Below are positions 11,860 to 25,654 of a stretch of 64,000 bases of DNA, piece after piece. A program made the translations under genes and the position numbers. Under the pieces are notes generated by a model. It did no database searches. It saw only the letters and a list, made by a program, of their open reading frames with translations, and was not told where the DNA came from. The stretch is from Takakia lepidozioides (Eukaryota > Plantae > Bryophyta): NCBI GenBank assembly GCA_030704615.1, contig CM060732.1:50282001-50346000 (forward strand). Reading direction: 5' to 3'. Positions within the stretch are counted from its first letter, which is position 1; each line of letters opens with the position of its first letter.

Positions 11860-14294
11860 TTTAACCGATCGGCATTGGTAAATACAATTGATATGCGAGG
11901 ACGATACAATGTTGACCTTGTTGTATTTGAAGCGAAAAAAACGTAGCCAATACCATAGCTCGTTCTTGATTGTCTCCAATTTCACTTGTCCATGGTTGGC
12001 ATCGTTTGTCATCTTGAATGGGTTGCACACAAGTAACAATATGCCGACATTGCCTTGGCCACTAAGGCCACTAAGGTTAGGCATCATCACATTATGAAAT
12101 GAATGGAAATCTTCTTGCCCGGCGATATCCCATAAAGATATTTGAATGTTGTTAAGCATTGTAGTCTCAACCTCGATCCCTCGTGTGCCTTGCAACTCCT
12201 GTTTGGATTGCAATTTTGAGAGTACAATCATGGCCTTCCGCCATGGTTTAACCAACACATTTGAAGCCTCATATGAAATCCTTCGAGCCATTGATTTGCG
12301 CAACGTTGTTTTCCCTAGAACATAACAGACATATCATCAAAATGCATATGTAAACAGCATTTTTTGTCTTTCTTATTTGTTCAGAAGCAATATTGTAAAT
12401 ATCACCTATCATAGTCAAGAATATTCATATTTTTTCAAGTATTTACCATGACTATAGTGCTACCAAACCATAATATGTTCGGATTAGAAACATTTATTTT
12501 TTGGATAAATCCAGAACATACCAAACATACCGATTCGGTAGCTCAGTTGCCTACACTAAATACCACCCAGATGATTCTCGGTCAAGTCCGGCTACCTCGA
12601 CGAGTGTGGTATGTTCTTCTCCCTGTGTTCCCTTGGGTGGTGTCCCATACGAAAGTCTTCACATCGAGGTTACTACGAAAAAGGTGATTTTCTTCTCTCA
12701 TTATAATTAAAGGCCTGATTTGTGAGCTGTCGCTCCCAGGTGTTTTCTCTCTAAAAATAACAATTTTTTGATAAAATAAAAATACAATAAACATAGTTCT
12801 TCCTATATAGCTATTTTTATATCTATTATTTTTATTATTTTTATTATTTTCACTTAAATACATTGTTTTGAAAATGAGAAAGTTTGATTAAGATGGCCTA
12901 TATCCCTTTATCCCGAAAACATGAAAAATAAAATGGTAGTCTAAAAATGATCTTAGAATGCACACACAATATAATATAAATATAGTGAAGGTTTCTTTTT
13001 ATTACCAGCTTGACTGTAGCCGCAAAGGAACAAACCCGCTGCATTTGGAGTCACGACCTTCATTCCTCTCAACACCTCGGCGTGCTCGGTCCTCACTTTA
13101 CTCTGCAACCGGGCATACACCACCGCTGCCTTGCCTTCCGCCGCCAAGGGAGTGCCGTCTAGGATTAGTGTGTGTAGCCACAGATTGACTCCCAACAAAT
13201 CCATGATTGTGGCAAACACCGTCTCCCCAGCAACACCCCTACAACGTTGCAGATCAAGTGATGTCAAACAAGTGTTGGTGGAGCAAGTGATTTGACAATA
13301 TCTTTTTGGGACATCCCATCATTCCCCGACACATTGAGATGAGTCAATGTGGAATTGCATTTCAACATGTTGGCCAATGCAGCGGTTGCTCTCTCCCAAT
13401 TTCCCTTGTCATGCCCCCAATTTCTGTCATACATGCTCTGAGAGTAGCTAACGTCAAGACAAGTTAGTGAAGCGTTGCGAAGGAGATGTGTCGCTAGCGC
13501 CTCCACACCATATGCACCTATTGGGTTTCCAGAGAGGTCGAGCTCTTGCAGAGTGTTGTTGGTGGCCAGAGCCCGCCCAAGCTTAGTAGCGCCTTCCGAC
13601 GTCATCCCCCAACTACTAAGGCGTAGCGACAGCAACGAAGAATTGCTGCACAACATCGCTGCCACATGCTTGGCTCTCACGCGACACTTTGAGCCTCACC
13701 AGCTCACCGTAAACATCAATGTGTAGCTTCTGCAGCGCACGGTTGGAGGCCGAGGCAAGCGGAACCACCAACACTCGCACACTCTCTGCATCCAAATTCT
13801 GCACTTTTATCAGGCGGAGAGAGTGCAGGCTACCATTTTGACGCAACGCGTATGTTCAGGGTCACACCATCCAATTTAAGTTCCGCTAGAAAAGTGTTCA
13901 GGCGAAGCATTTCTGCGACGTCTTCTATGACATGGCTCCGCACCTGCATCCCTGCGTAGATCTCCAAGCGTTCTAAAGTTTGGTTGGCGTGCAAGCCTCT
14001 GCAGAACTCCTGCACCTCCGCTTTTACGTGATCTGCCTCTTCAGCCCTCGTTGCAAAAAAATCTAACCACATGGTGGAAACTACGGAGGAGGAAGTAAGT
14101 GCACGGAGAACATCCAACCGAGTGTGGTGGGCGCGGCTCGCATCTTTCTCCGAAAGAAATTTGTACACAACACTCTCTTTGTTAGCGAAACGTATCTCAA
14201 CCTCAGATTCCCGTAAAACTACAAGATCTGGAGAGCGAGGTGAGATTGCTGAAAGAAGATCTCCGAGCTCCTGGAAAACGTTATCGCTCGCCAT
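11860..14294 (-). pseudogene. TORNADO1-like LRR-Roc GTPase gene, copy 2 (exon 14294-13006, intron 13005-12315, exon 12314-~11860)
   Basis: GT-AG splicing restores the P-loop LFLCGYSQA-G-KTTLRKS. Also present are G2 (TRGIEV), G3 (SLWDIAGQEDFH) and ELWYWLRF. Several frameshifts occur in the LRR part, and it is 3'-truncated before COR. Confidence 0.85.
12537..12752 (+). mobile_element. tRNA-derived SINE in the Roc-gene intron (5'-truncated paralog at 3678-3825)
   Basis: Head ggtagctcagttg (A box)...ggtcaagtcc (B box). The tail ggcctgatttgtgagctgtcgctcccaggtgttt is shared with 56463, 56567 (reverse complement), 61147, 61871 and 62562. Confidence 0.65.
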
Positions 14295-15534
14295 TACAAC
14301 CGGAAGAAAAGGGACCCTCCAATGCGACGACCGCTTCCCACAAACCCAAGTTGCTATAGAGGCAATAACGTTTTACACGTCGTGGGTAGCAAACCAAGTA
14401 ACAAGGAGAGTAGAGCGCTCGAGAACTTGGTACAAAGAAGTTGAGAATCGGACGGACAAATTGCCACTGCACTGCAGAGTCACTAGGCTCCCCGTCGAGC
14501 CGTGCACTCATGTGCAGCAGAGAGCGCAGCACAGGGCAGCCCTTGAGGCGATCAGCCACCATGACCGGGTGCAGGAGCCAAGACCATCTTGGATGAAGTC
14601 TGCACTGAGCCCGGTGGCCTGGTCTTCGTAATTTGCTGAGGAGTGAAAAGTGCAGAGCAAGAAGGCTTTCGAGAGTGAGTCGTCAGCGTCCTTATTACAA
14701 AGGAAGATCTGACAAGGGGAGACATGCAGCTTCACAAGGGAGCATTGAACTTAAGGATCCTTGTCTTCTGGATATATTCAAAGTCCACTCCAGGCAGTCA
14801 AACCAGAAAACCTAACAAAGCTAAAAGCTTTCCTTTCCTATGTGATATTTGTCAACCTAATTAATATGCTTGCCTGCATCGCTGAAATCACAACCACTTG
14901 GACCCACCAGGTACCGACAATGGTGTGGGCGATCAATTCCTGTTCAGCAGCATTACTTACGTACATAGGAAGCTGCTGTGGTTCATGTCACAAACTTAAA
15001 TGCGCTGAATCGAACAAGCGGATATGCTGCCTATTCTGAGTTGTGCAGCTTATGGTCTGTGACCAACCTCGTTTAATTACGCTTTGGAGTCTAGAAAGAC
15101 TTGCATCCCAGGTTTAAAAGATGTCACCGGCTATTCTGCCAGGCGGAAGGTATCCCCACACTTGAATTGTTCCAAGTTTTATGTCGGATCAGTGCCTTCG
15201 GTTCCACCACCAAGATGTCAAAGAGGATTTCGATGTCTTCGGATTCAACCAGTGAAGCAACCCCAAAGAAACCATCACTTTCAGACTTCGATTGGAATTA
15301 GTATCCATTCGTGCATCCACGATCCACCCGCCGGGGGTGGACATCAAAGTGTATTCTCCTCGGGCTTTCCACAAGACATCTCCTTCCTCATGAAGTGATT
15401 ATAGCGGATAAATCTGGTGTTCAAAGATTAATCTTTGTTGCTGATCTTTGTCTGGTACAGTATAGATGTTTGCTGGTGGGAATTAAGGCAGACATATAAA
15501 CAGTCATGTGCAATTCATTACGAATTTTGAAACA

Positions 15535-15935
15535 GCGGCTGCGATAGAGATGCGACGCCTGCATGTGGCACGGGTCGATGGGCTGCTTGATGCAATTAAT
15601 GTGCCCATGTCCATTTTTTGGCTGCTGCCGCAATACATGCTGACAGGCGTTTGTGAGGTTTCCATCAACGTGGGGCAGATGGAGTTCTTCTTGGACCAGG
15701 CCCCTGACTCTATGCGCAGCTTGGGCAATGCGCTCTACCTCAGCACTGTAGCAGTGGGAACCTTTGTTAGCAGCCTGGTGGTCACGTCGTCACCAAGATC
15801 ACCCAAAATTCCAACGTCGGCTGCATAGGGAACAATCTAAATCGTAGTCACATGCACTGTTTTTACTGGATGCTTACAGCTCTACTAGTTTTGTCAACAC
15901 CATTATCTTTGTGCTATGCGCGTGCTGCTACACTT
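15535..15935 (+). pseudogene. C-terminal fragment of an NPF (NRT1/PTR) transporter
   Basis: IEMRRLHVAR...VPMSIFWLLPQYMLTGVCEV..VGQMEFFLDQAPDSMRSLG, then after a frameshift NNLNRSHMHCFYWML. Confidence 0.85.
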
Positions 15936-17204
15936 ACAAGTCTACGGTCAGTAGATCTTGCAGACTCGAGTGACTCCGCAGACTCAAGTGGCCCCCTCAA
16001 TGGCCACTATCAAAAGTCATCAAAATGGTTGCTAAACTTCAACATGTCAAGACGAGTCAGAAGTCAAAAATGCAATTATTAACTCAAACAACGGCGGCAC
16101 CACTCAAGTCCACTCAAGTCTTAGGACTTTGATATATTGGAAGGAAGACCTTGCCTTTGGGCCATGGAGCAAAACCCTGAGGATGGTCCGCGCGCTTTGA
16201 ATCTTCATGGAAGGCATCGGAGCTGCAAGCGTGATGGCGCAGTCCAACATTGAGTGGGGAACTTCAGAGAGCTTTTTATTCACACTCTAAGGTAAGCTTG
16301 ATGTGACAGTAAGAGCCCCATGTGGAGCCCTTAATAACCCCTTTACACGGCTGCTGGCTTCAAGCAAAGCCTTGGGACAATCATGGATCCAATACAGAAA
16401 TCCAATACTCTTACACATGAAATCTGGTGAGGCCTGCAGCTAGCTAACTAGTCTACTGATTCCCTCTGGGACTACATGAAGAAGGTTTCAAGAGGAAGAT
16501 GACTAAGATAAGCTCTGCCCATTTTCATCAAACTTGGGGTGGGATCTTGGCATTTGGTTTCTGAACACTACATAGGGGAACGGAAGGGTCGATGATGCAA
16601 ATTATCGATGCAAGTAATGACTGGGGGGAAGTTTGTTGTTTGATATTTTGCCACTACCCATTACGTCTTTTATACCTACAAGAAAATTTTGTATGTGATT
16701 CCTAGCGAACGTGACAGGGCAGCATCCATTGTCCAACCTTCACTTAGTTTTCTTAAATGATATAAATTTTGTTATTCCAATTACAGTATATTACGGTTAG
16801 TTGCGTTGATAAACTTACTATATGTAGTAGTATGCTTATAATAAATATTTAATGGATTGTTGTTTTTTCTAAATAAAAAATAAAAAATAAAAGGAGAGGA
16901 AGCCCTGTAAATCAATGTATGAAGCCAGACGTTTGTTTGTTTTGTTTTGTAGTGTTGAGATGTCCCAAACCGCGAGGCCCCAGCACTGGTGTTTGGTACC
17001 GTTGGAAAGCCCTCGACGAGGAGGGGTGCACCAGCTTGGTCTCACAATTTTTGGACATGCGGTGTGGGAGATACGGAATTCCAAGTACTTTTGGTCTCTG
17101 GAAATTAAGTTGGCATTCCTGGACAATGGTTGGAGCCTCGACGGGAGAGATATCAAGGGAAAGGTCTCCGGTTCGAATCTGGTCGTAGGCCCCCGGGGAA
17201 AAAA

Positions 17205-18305
17205 ATGCATTTGGACTTAGATGACGTTGGACACTTGGCTGAAAAAAAAAAAATGGGGCCTTGACATGGGAGACGTACTTGGATACATAGGAGATTGCAA
17301 CTTGGATAACCTGGATACACAGGGGATTGCATTTGGACTTAGATGACAGTGGACATTTGGGCCTCTACATGGGAGATGCATGAATAGAAGATTGCACTTG
17401 GGCTTAGATGGGCCTCCACATAGGAGACGCACTTGGATACATAGGAAATTGCACTTGGTCTTAGATTTCAATTCTTCACACATGGGCCAACGGCATAGGC
17501 TACACTATAGGTTGCACTTGGACTTCCTGAAAAATAGCAAAGTGGGCTTTCCTAGAACAATGACGTGGAGATCTCCCAAACTGCACGGTCTCTGGATTAC
17601 ACTTGGACATCGATGACAACGGACACTTGGGCCAATGGCATATGCTACCCTAGAGGTCATACTTGGGCCTAGACATAGGAGACACACTTGAATGCATAGG
17701 AGGGCTGGAAAAAAATGATGAAACTTAGATGACTTAGATGACATTGGACACTTGGGCCAAGGGCACAAGCTATCCGAGTGTCTAGAGGTTGCACTAGGGC
17801 CTCGACGTAGGAGATGCACTTGGATACATAGGAAATTATACTGGATACATAGGAGATTGGACTTGGGCTTAGATGACAGTGGACAATTGGGGCCTACATG
17901 GGAGATGCACTTGGATACGTGAACAGAAGATTGCACTTGGGCTTAGATGGGCCTCGACATAGGAGACGCACTTGGATACATAGGAAATTATACTTGGTCT
18001 TAGATTTCAATTCTTCACATATGGGCCAACAACATAGGCTACACTAGAGGTCGCACTTGGGCCTCAACATAGGAGACGCACTGGGATACATAGAAGATCT
18101 TACACTTGGGCTTAGATTATGAGAGTCAGTTTTTTTGTGAAATCTACGCAAATATTTCTTTCTTTCTTTCTGTTGTATCTTCACATATTGAATGTAAATG
18201 TTACCCTAGAGGTCGCATTTGGGCCTCAACATAGGAGACGCACTTGGATACATATGGGATTGCACTTGGGCGTAAATGACACTTGGGCCAACGGCACAGA
18301 CTACC
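17205..18305. repeat. Degenerate minisatellite built on CACTTGG units with higher-order duplication
   Basis: Dozens of cacttggatacatagga / cttgggcttagatgac motifs; 17320-17520 closely resembles 17860-18060. Confidence 0.75.
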
Positions 18306-18311
18306 CTAGTC

Positions 18312-19830
18312 ATATTAATAAAGGGAAACCCTGGAAAAATTAATCAGGACACGAGGCCGTAAGGCTTACATCTTGGAAGATTGGGTAACACCCTAACCAG
18401 CCACTGAGGGCAAGCTTTAATTAACCACCACCCCTGTTCCATGTTTTTACTAGAAGAGAGAACTAGAGAAAGATGGCTCTAAGGCTGAAGCTGCAATTCT
18501 GTCTAACTACAGAAAATAATGAGGCAGTTGAAAAGTGGGGGGGAGGGGGGAGCCAATACTGAGAACTCAGCCAGAAGGCTCAGAACAAGTGAGCTGCCAG
18601 GAAACCTGCGAGGGAGATAAAGGCTGAACTGCCAGCCAACCTACACAGCCCACTGCAAACAAAGAACTACAACACCTTAACTGATTAAGATCCTAAGTCC
18701 CTACTTGGCAAGGAGATAGCCCACAATTAAACCAAGAGAGACAATAGTAAGCTACCAAGAGCAAGCATAAAAAAAAGAAGGGGGAGAGAAGACTCCGGCC
18801 GAAACCGGCGTAACTAAGAGCCACTTCGCCTCACGGTTGCTGCCCCCTTTCGAGGGTGGACCCTACCACAGTAACAGAGTCAACATTTTTCTCTAAGAGG
18901 CTCAAAATCTAAATGAGCTCTAACACTAGAATCCCGGTGTCTCGGTGACGCCAGTTGATGTCCTGCTCCTCAACCCTGTCGGGGAGGCCAAGTGGGTGGG
19001 GGAGGCACTAGTCGACTATAGGTCTGGATGCCCAACGTACTCCTTCACCTTGTCTTTGACAAAGAAGTCCAGAGTGCCCCCATTCGGCATCAAATTGCGA
19101 GAGAAAGGTAGCCTGCCGGCTCCGCAGAGCATCTACAAACTGTGACCAACCGCCCCTCCCACAATTTACGCCCCTGTACCAATAAGTCAAAAAAGATAGA
19201 GGCCAAGGAAGCTTTGGCACAAAATGAGAGCACAACGGGCTTTCCAAATATGCTAGAGGCCAAGCCCGCGAAGTGCGACCTAGGCTTGGCAAGATGGGAG
19301 GAAGTATTGAGTATAGAGTATTGAGTATAGAAGAAGAAGATGAAGTATTGAGAAGAATTAACAGAGGATCCCTGCAATCAAAACTATGGGCCAACAAATA
19401 TATGGAGAATGGATTCTAGACTAAATAAATGTCGCAAAAGGACAAGACATGAAACAATGCTAGTATGTCTCCACTTCCCCAGAAGAGCAAGACCTGCACA
19501 AGAGTTTCAAGAGCCAATTGACAAGAGAAAATGGGGATAATGTGATTGCACAGTTTCCAAAGGAAGGCCGATATCTTCGCAGCACACTGCTTCCGCCAAA
19601 CATCCACCCAAATGAGTTTCCAAGCCAATTCAAGGACTGAGATGGGAGCCCACTTAGCCGACAGCTTAGCAGTTTTAGGGTGAGGGTTGAGAAGGATCTT
19701 GTACCCCAACTTGACCGTGTAAGCAAAGAAGGGTTTGCTATTATCCTGCACATGCTAGGTCCATTCCCCGGGATCCCTTTGAAGATGGGCCAGAGGGGTG
19801 TTAAGAAACCAAAACACCGAGATTGCATGA
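18312..19830 (-). mobile_element. L1-type LINE 3' fragment (zf-RVT region plus 3' UTR)
   Basis: WKLIWVDVWRKQCAAKISAFLWKL...CRSCSSGEVETY*HCFMSC matches the plant L1 ORF2 C-terminal zinc-binding region. Confidence 0.75.
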
Positions 19831-21099
19831 CCCCATTGCTCTAAAGTACCTACCCCATTGTAAACCGTGTTAAGTACCGTTCCTACAACATCAATGGTTC
19901 TAACCGTGGTGGGTAGTGTGTCGGTAAGGTGATGATTGCACTGTTGGCGAGATTTTGGGTTCGATTCTTGATGGGAGGCTATTGTAGTATATACTGTAAC
20001 CCGGGTACCGGTACCCCAATCGGTGTAACCCTCTGTAACCTCGATCTCTCATGTAACTCTTATTAGTCCATTTTATACTTGGTTAAATTTCGAGACCAAG
20101 TGAGTTACACCGACTGGAGTTACACACCCCCTCGTGTAACCCCAAGTGGAATTCACTCCCCATCATATAACCCAGCGTAACCCCAACTGGAGTTTACACT
20201 CTTTCAGTTCCCTGTCACTCTCAAGAGATGGTGGGGAAGATTTGACGTGCCAAAAACCGGCATACCATCCTATCAGAGGTTGCACGTGGTGTGAGTTAAG
20301 TTCTTACCTCATTTCTATTATCTTCCTCATGAGTGAGGGTGTAACTTTTTATCCCCCATCATCCATAGGGATGAACATTATAGTTATGTGCATATGTATT
20401 ATATCCACATCCTATCAAAAGTGTAGGCAATTTGACTATTGCTTTTAGAAGATTATATTAAAATAATCTGCCCCACTTTGTAAATGTACTCCAAAATAGC
20501 TTGGACAAAAAAAGTTTGACTACAAAATTCAAGTATCGAGTTGAGTTTTCCCAGACATAGGCCCTCCGTAATCTGATTATATAGCACCTAAAGAACTGTC
20601 TCCCCCAAAAATTAGATCAAAATTCCAAAGTTTGAGATAGGCTGGCTTCTATGTGAAATCTGGGGGATAAATTGTGCTTCTTTCCCAAGTACATCCATGA
20701 GCATGACCCAAATTAGGTCGTGTCGTCCTTAGGGGTTAACATTTGGAGTTTTATTCAGTTTTCTTTTGGGCAGCTTAAAAGATGATGATGATGATGTGGT
20801 TGATGATGACGTGCCCTATGCAACGTGGCGACGACGACGTAGCACTATGGCTGCTGGCACCCTATTCTTGCCCTGATTATCATAATTCCGCGTGTTTTTT
20901 TTGTTTTGTGTTTTTTGGGCAGCCCAAAAAATGACAACGACGATGTGGCTGACGATGACATGTCCCACGAAATGCAGCGAGGATGAATTGGCACTACGGC
21001 ACCCTACTCTTGCTTTGCAAACATATTACCCTATAACTGTGGATTGTACTCGAGCCAATTTTTTTTCTTGCTTATGCTGCACTCACGCATAATAACAAG

Positions 21100-21260
21100 A
21101 TATGACACTTCCCCAAGGAAGTGTAAATTATGGTGTCTCTTGACCCCGAAGGAGTACTGCCTTCCAGCAGGAAGGTGGACACCTTTGTGACACCAATCGG
21201 TGGATTGAACCCACAACCACTTCCGATGTGGTATGTGCCCATTACCACTGGGCTACAACT
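21100..21260 (-). mobile_element. tRNA-derived SINE-like head
   Basis: The reverse complement reads gtagcccagtggtaa (A box)...gggttcaatcc (B box). It does not fold as a complete tRNA. Confidence 0.5.
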
Positions 21261-21702
21261 TGGTTGTAGCGCTCACACACTATGAGCCCCATAGCTTCTT
21301 TAGGGTCTTAACCCTTAAACGCGAGGCGACCCGTCTCATTTTTTCATCCAGCCGTAACTTGGTTGAAATTATAAATCACTGGGCTTTGGTGGAAGTTGGA
21401 ACAGCATGCAAATAGGAGGCAACTGAGAGATATTTTGGGCCTTCTTTTTGTTGAATACTTGGTAAGCTTACCTTCTCCTCCTCGTGCGCAGCATTGCCCG
21501 AAAGCATCCCCGTGCTTTCAACTACCGTTTTTTGTTTAGACGACAAGTGAGCTTGATTCTGGGGTGGAAAGAGAGGAGAGGAAGGTGACAAACAAGGCTT
21601 TCAGTGACGAGGTGAACGAAGTTTCAGAGAACATGTCTGGCCAGATGAGGATTGTCACACAGTTCAGGGACTTGGCTCAAGCGAAGCGGTCCACACCTGC
21701 CA

Positions 21703-23029
21703 CACTACTATATTTAGGGGGTGTTAGTGACGCCCATAGGCACCCCGCGCCAACCCCATTGCGACTACAGTGTCACATAGGGGCCCGCCCCGGCCTTGCG
21801 ATATTGGGGCGTCGCACCGCCGGTGCTGCCACAACGTCGCCGGAATTGGGGCGTGACCGCCACCGCGATGGGGGGTTGCGACGCCTGGGCGTCGCAGCCA
21901 TGCTTTGCGACGCTCCTGGGAGACAACCACGCCGGGGAGTTGCAACGGCACCCCCTCCCACTTAGGCGCCCCCACCAGCACGCTGGGGGGTTGCGATGCC
22001 CCCGGGAGGCTGCGACGCTAGGGAAACGCAATGGCGTCGCCGGGACGTCACAGCGCCATAGCCCCAGCTCGTGAGGTCACAGTCGCGGCAACCCAACGAC
22101 GCTTTTGGGACGGCAGGGGGTGGTTTTTATTTTATTTTATTTTATTTTCCTCCCCTCTTCCGGGCATTGCGACCCCCCGCCGTTGCAAAAGCGTCGCTAG
22201 GTTGCCGCAACTGTGACCCCACGAGCTAGGGCTGTAGCACTGTGTCGTACCGGCGACGCCGTTGCGATTCCCTGGCGTTGCAGCCTCCTAGGGGCGTCGC
22301 AACCCTATAGCGCTGGAACTTAGGCCCTTGATAGATATTTGTCCTTCAAGAACTTTGGGGACAAGTCTCGGTGCAAATTCCAGCTGTAAGAGCTCCTACA
22401 TAGTGCTTATAATCTGTACCATCTAGGATGACACAGTGGTAGTCACCAGGAGTTAAATCTTGATATGTATATATATACTTAGACTGTTTTTGTAATACAT
22501 AGATGTGTTGGTTAGTGTGGAGTATCTTATAAATGTTATAACGTAGAGGTCCTAGGTTCAAGTATGCATTGCCTAATATATGTAGTACATTGTATGAACT
22601 GCCATTGGACAAAACCAGAGTCAATGATCAACTAGTTTTTGAAATTCAAATTTCACATTTAAATTTAAATTTTCCTACCTAAATTCAAATGTACCCTACT
22701 AAACTTCGACGTCTGGGGTCGCACTCTCGACTGTCGGGCGGCATCGCAAAAAAGAGGGGAAAATAATAATAAAAATAAAATAAAATAAAAAATAAAAAAT
22801 TGCGACTCCCAGACATCGCAGGTCAATGCCGGGGGGTCCCAAGGGTTTAGCGATTCTCTGAGGTCGCTAATTAGCGACGTTTCGGGACCGACATCGCAAA
22901 ACGCCCCAACGTTCCCCGGGCGCCATAGAGTATCTCCGTCGCAAATCGTGGCGGTTGGAGGTCGCTGGGCCATCGCTAAACCCAAACCACCCCCCCAAAA
23001 AAATAAAAAAATAAAAAAATGCAGTAGTG
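21703..23029. mobile_element. Non-autonomous CACTA element
   Basis: CACTACT at 21703 and AGTAGTG at 23023-23029. The 3-bp flanks are cca/tca (one transition). GC-rich GCGACG/CGTCGC subterminal repeats are present. Confidence 0.75.
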
Positions 23030-23208
23030 TCAGTTCGAGTTTCCATCCTCTTCGAGCACGCGTGAGGATAAGATGTGAGATTGGGTCTAATGTGCCAGGT
23101 ATGACATAGTTGTATACCATTGACGGAAACTATGCTGCTCATGGTAGTGACCCATGTAAGGCTCATTTGAGTGATATGTCTGTGAATCTACTTGGCAGAG
23201 GTGTTAAC

Positions 23209-23766
23209 TAGTGTTGTGCAGTTATTTGATTTTTTGATTCAGCCGGTTACGGATGTTTAACTTTAACTTTGTGTTCATATCCTCCGGTTCCGGGGTTTTG
23301 GAGCTTTTCCGTTTCTGATATCCTGCCGGTTGGCAGCAAATACAAAATTTAACCCTATGCGGTTATGAACAAATGGAGTTTATGTCAGGATGGCCTCCGG
23401 CCGGTCAGTATCCGGTTATCAAACAAGTCTAATTTTATTTTAATAACATAAAATAACCCAAACTAAAAATCTAATGTATTAAAAATACTAATGAAATAAT
23501 GCGTGCCCCTCTGAACGTGCCCCTCCGGATATATGGGTTCATAACTTGCTTCTTTTGGCCACTAGTTCCGGTTCAAATCAGATTTAAATAAAATACAAAA
23601 TCACTGGTTCTCAACCGGATCCGGTTATTTCATCTTTTCAGATCCGGCGATTCTTATCGGAGGCGGATTTTTTATTTTTTTAACCTCCTGCAGATCCACA
23701 TATATATATATCTGGGTTGGGACCCGCCAGGGGTTTGAGGCTGAATCAAATATCCGCCCAACACTG
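23209..23766. mobile_element. MITE with 23-bp imperfect TIRs
   Basis: tagtgttgtgcagttatttgatt ... aatcaaatatccgcccaacactg; internal ccggtt motifs. Confidence 0.7.
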
Positions 23767-24019
23767 AACCTGTTAATTTGGTGGCTCCAATGAATGTGCA
23801 TAGCTTAGAAGTCCGGGAATCTCTGCCTCGGGATGTCGAAATGGTGTCTATGGATAGGTATGAGGGTGATAAATGTGAGAAAGGTGATTTGGAAATAGAT
23901 CTTGCAGAGGAGATCTTGGATGCGACCAATGCATCATTTGCCACTTTGTTTGCTCCTGGTCAATGGGAGTGCAGAGATACTTTTAGTGAGAGAGAGACCT
24001 TTTTGGGGTTCCAATGCAT

Positions 24020-24440
24020 GTGCAGTACCAGACTTACATGCATGGTGTTGATGTCCAAGAGATTCAGTTGCGATGTGCATAATATAGCAGCTGAAGACTC
24101 ACAAATGGTAGCATAGAGTATTTTCTTTCCTTTTGGACACCTGCACCATAGTGAATTCTTATCTGTTGTATGTCTGTCACATGAAACTTATGGGCTTACG
24201 ATGGATGAGCCACCTGGAATTCACATTGGCCGTGGCACACAGTATCACATCACATAGTCAAGTTCATGTGCACATGAACTTGACCACAGGGTTGGCAGTG
24301 TTGCCTTCGAGGTGACATTTTTCTTTGCACAACCAGCTTCGTCATGTATGCATTCAATGCAACATGTACGAACTCATTACTTTTGTCCCTAGTGCGATAA
24401 TGCGTTCATGTGTCTTGGTTCATGCTGGTGTCAAACACAC
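24020..24440 (+). pseudogene. piggyBac transposase C-terminal remnant
   Basis: QYQTYMHGVDVQ (YNxxMGGVDxxDQ motif), LKTHKW*HRVFSFLLDTCTIVNSYLLY, MSHLEFTLAVAH, and a Cys-rich tail (YFCP...FMCLGSCW...H). Confidence 0.8.
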
Positions 24441-24455
24441 CTCGTCCGGGCAAGG

Positions 24456-25654
24456 GGAATGCCTCCGCGTGAGCCTGGCCGCGTGAGCGAGTGAGGCGTA
24501 GCCAGGCTCACGCCACGTCAGTAGTTCCTGCCATGTTGGTTCTCACCAGTCTAGTTCACACCACGTCATTCACATAGGCACGGTCCTATAACCGCAGACA
24601 AAATAGCGTGAAGGGGCCCTATAGCCGCGGACTTGAGCATTCGGCACATAAGAAACCATATTTGGGCGATGAGAAGAAGTGCAGAACAAAAGGTTCGAAT
24701 GAATATTGCTGAATGATTGTGTTTGGAGAGAAATATAAGTGGGCATCGTGCAAGGCTACAGACATTCTATCGCAAGTGAACTTGCACGTTCACAGAACTT
24801 CGGCGCTCACTCACTTTGGGAAGACAGTCTGCCTCTCTGTAAATACGGACTTCTTTTCGCTTCACATTCCTCACAAGGGATGTGAAGCGAAAGGGAGTCC
24901 GCATGTGCACAGATGTTGGCCTTGTTCGCAACCTTGTCAACAGCCCACGCACAGAAGCTCAAGAGGGTTGATGATGCAAGAATATCTCAGTATGAGGCCA
25001 TTGGTTTCTACTCCAATCAATCAGAAAAGTCACGATTCCTCAGTCTGCACACAAGTTTTTTCTTGGGGCAAAAGCCTCTCCTTAGCAAGGGGGATTTTTA
25101 TTTTTTTATAATTTTCATCCCCCCCAGTGTGCGGTGCCGCACACCCTTTCTGCCCATTGAAAAACACCGAACTCGGGACCCAATCAAGCTCATGGAGAAG
25201 GTTCCATGGAGTGTTGAAAGGGATAGACAAGAATGCACCCACGGTCTGCGGCACCGCACACCATTTAAGCTCCCTTTGAATGTGTGCTTTGAGTGGAAGG
25301 GTAGGAATGGAGGCTGCTATTTGGGGTTCACAACAATGTACGGTGGATTCTTGCTTGAAGACATCGAATGGATGCGAATGGATCTCATTTCATTTCTGGT
25401 TTGTCAATTGTGGTTTTCTGGTTTCATGTTTTGATGAATGAATCCCACGGTTATAGGCCCCTCAGTTATAGGTGCCATATCTTTCTGGTGACGTGGCGAT
25501 GGCTGTACTAGCGCCACGTCAGCATACCCACACCACGTCGGCAAGCTCACGCCACGTCAGCGTGAACATATGCTCACCCCACATCAGTTGGTGTGAGCGT
25601 AGGCTCACACCACGTCAGCATTGTGTGAGCGTACGCTCACGCCATTGCGTCGTT
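24456..25654 (+). mobile_element. Non-autonomous 1.2 kb member of the Mutator-like family
   Basis: Left end ggaatgcctccgcgtgagcctgg, right end gctcacgccattgcgtcgtt. Flanks are gtccgggcaagg (24444-24455) and gttcgggcaagg (25655-25666). Confidence 0.85.

Noticed and set aside
11130-11860. Short ORFs in a homopolymer-rich stretch
   Set aside because: No recognisable motifs; it looks like low-quality or heavily degraded sequence at the truncation of the Roc gene.
12537-12600. tRNA genes (also 17125-17190, 19910-19975, 21198-21258, 56289-56350)
   Set aside because: Only A/B boxes with no complete cloverleaf; interpreted as SINE heads.
6136-20735. One 14.6 kb piggyBac spanning both TTAA ends
   Set aside because: The sequence after 20739 does not convincingly match the empty-site flank after 15076, so the two ends cannot be paired.
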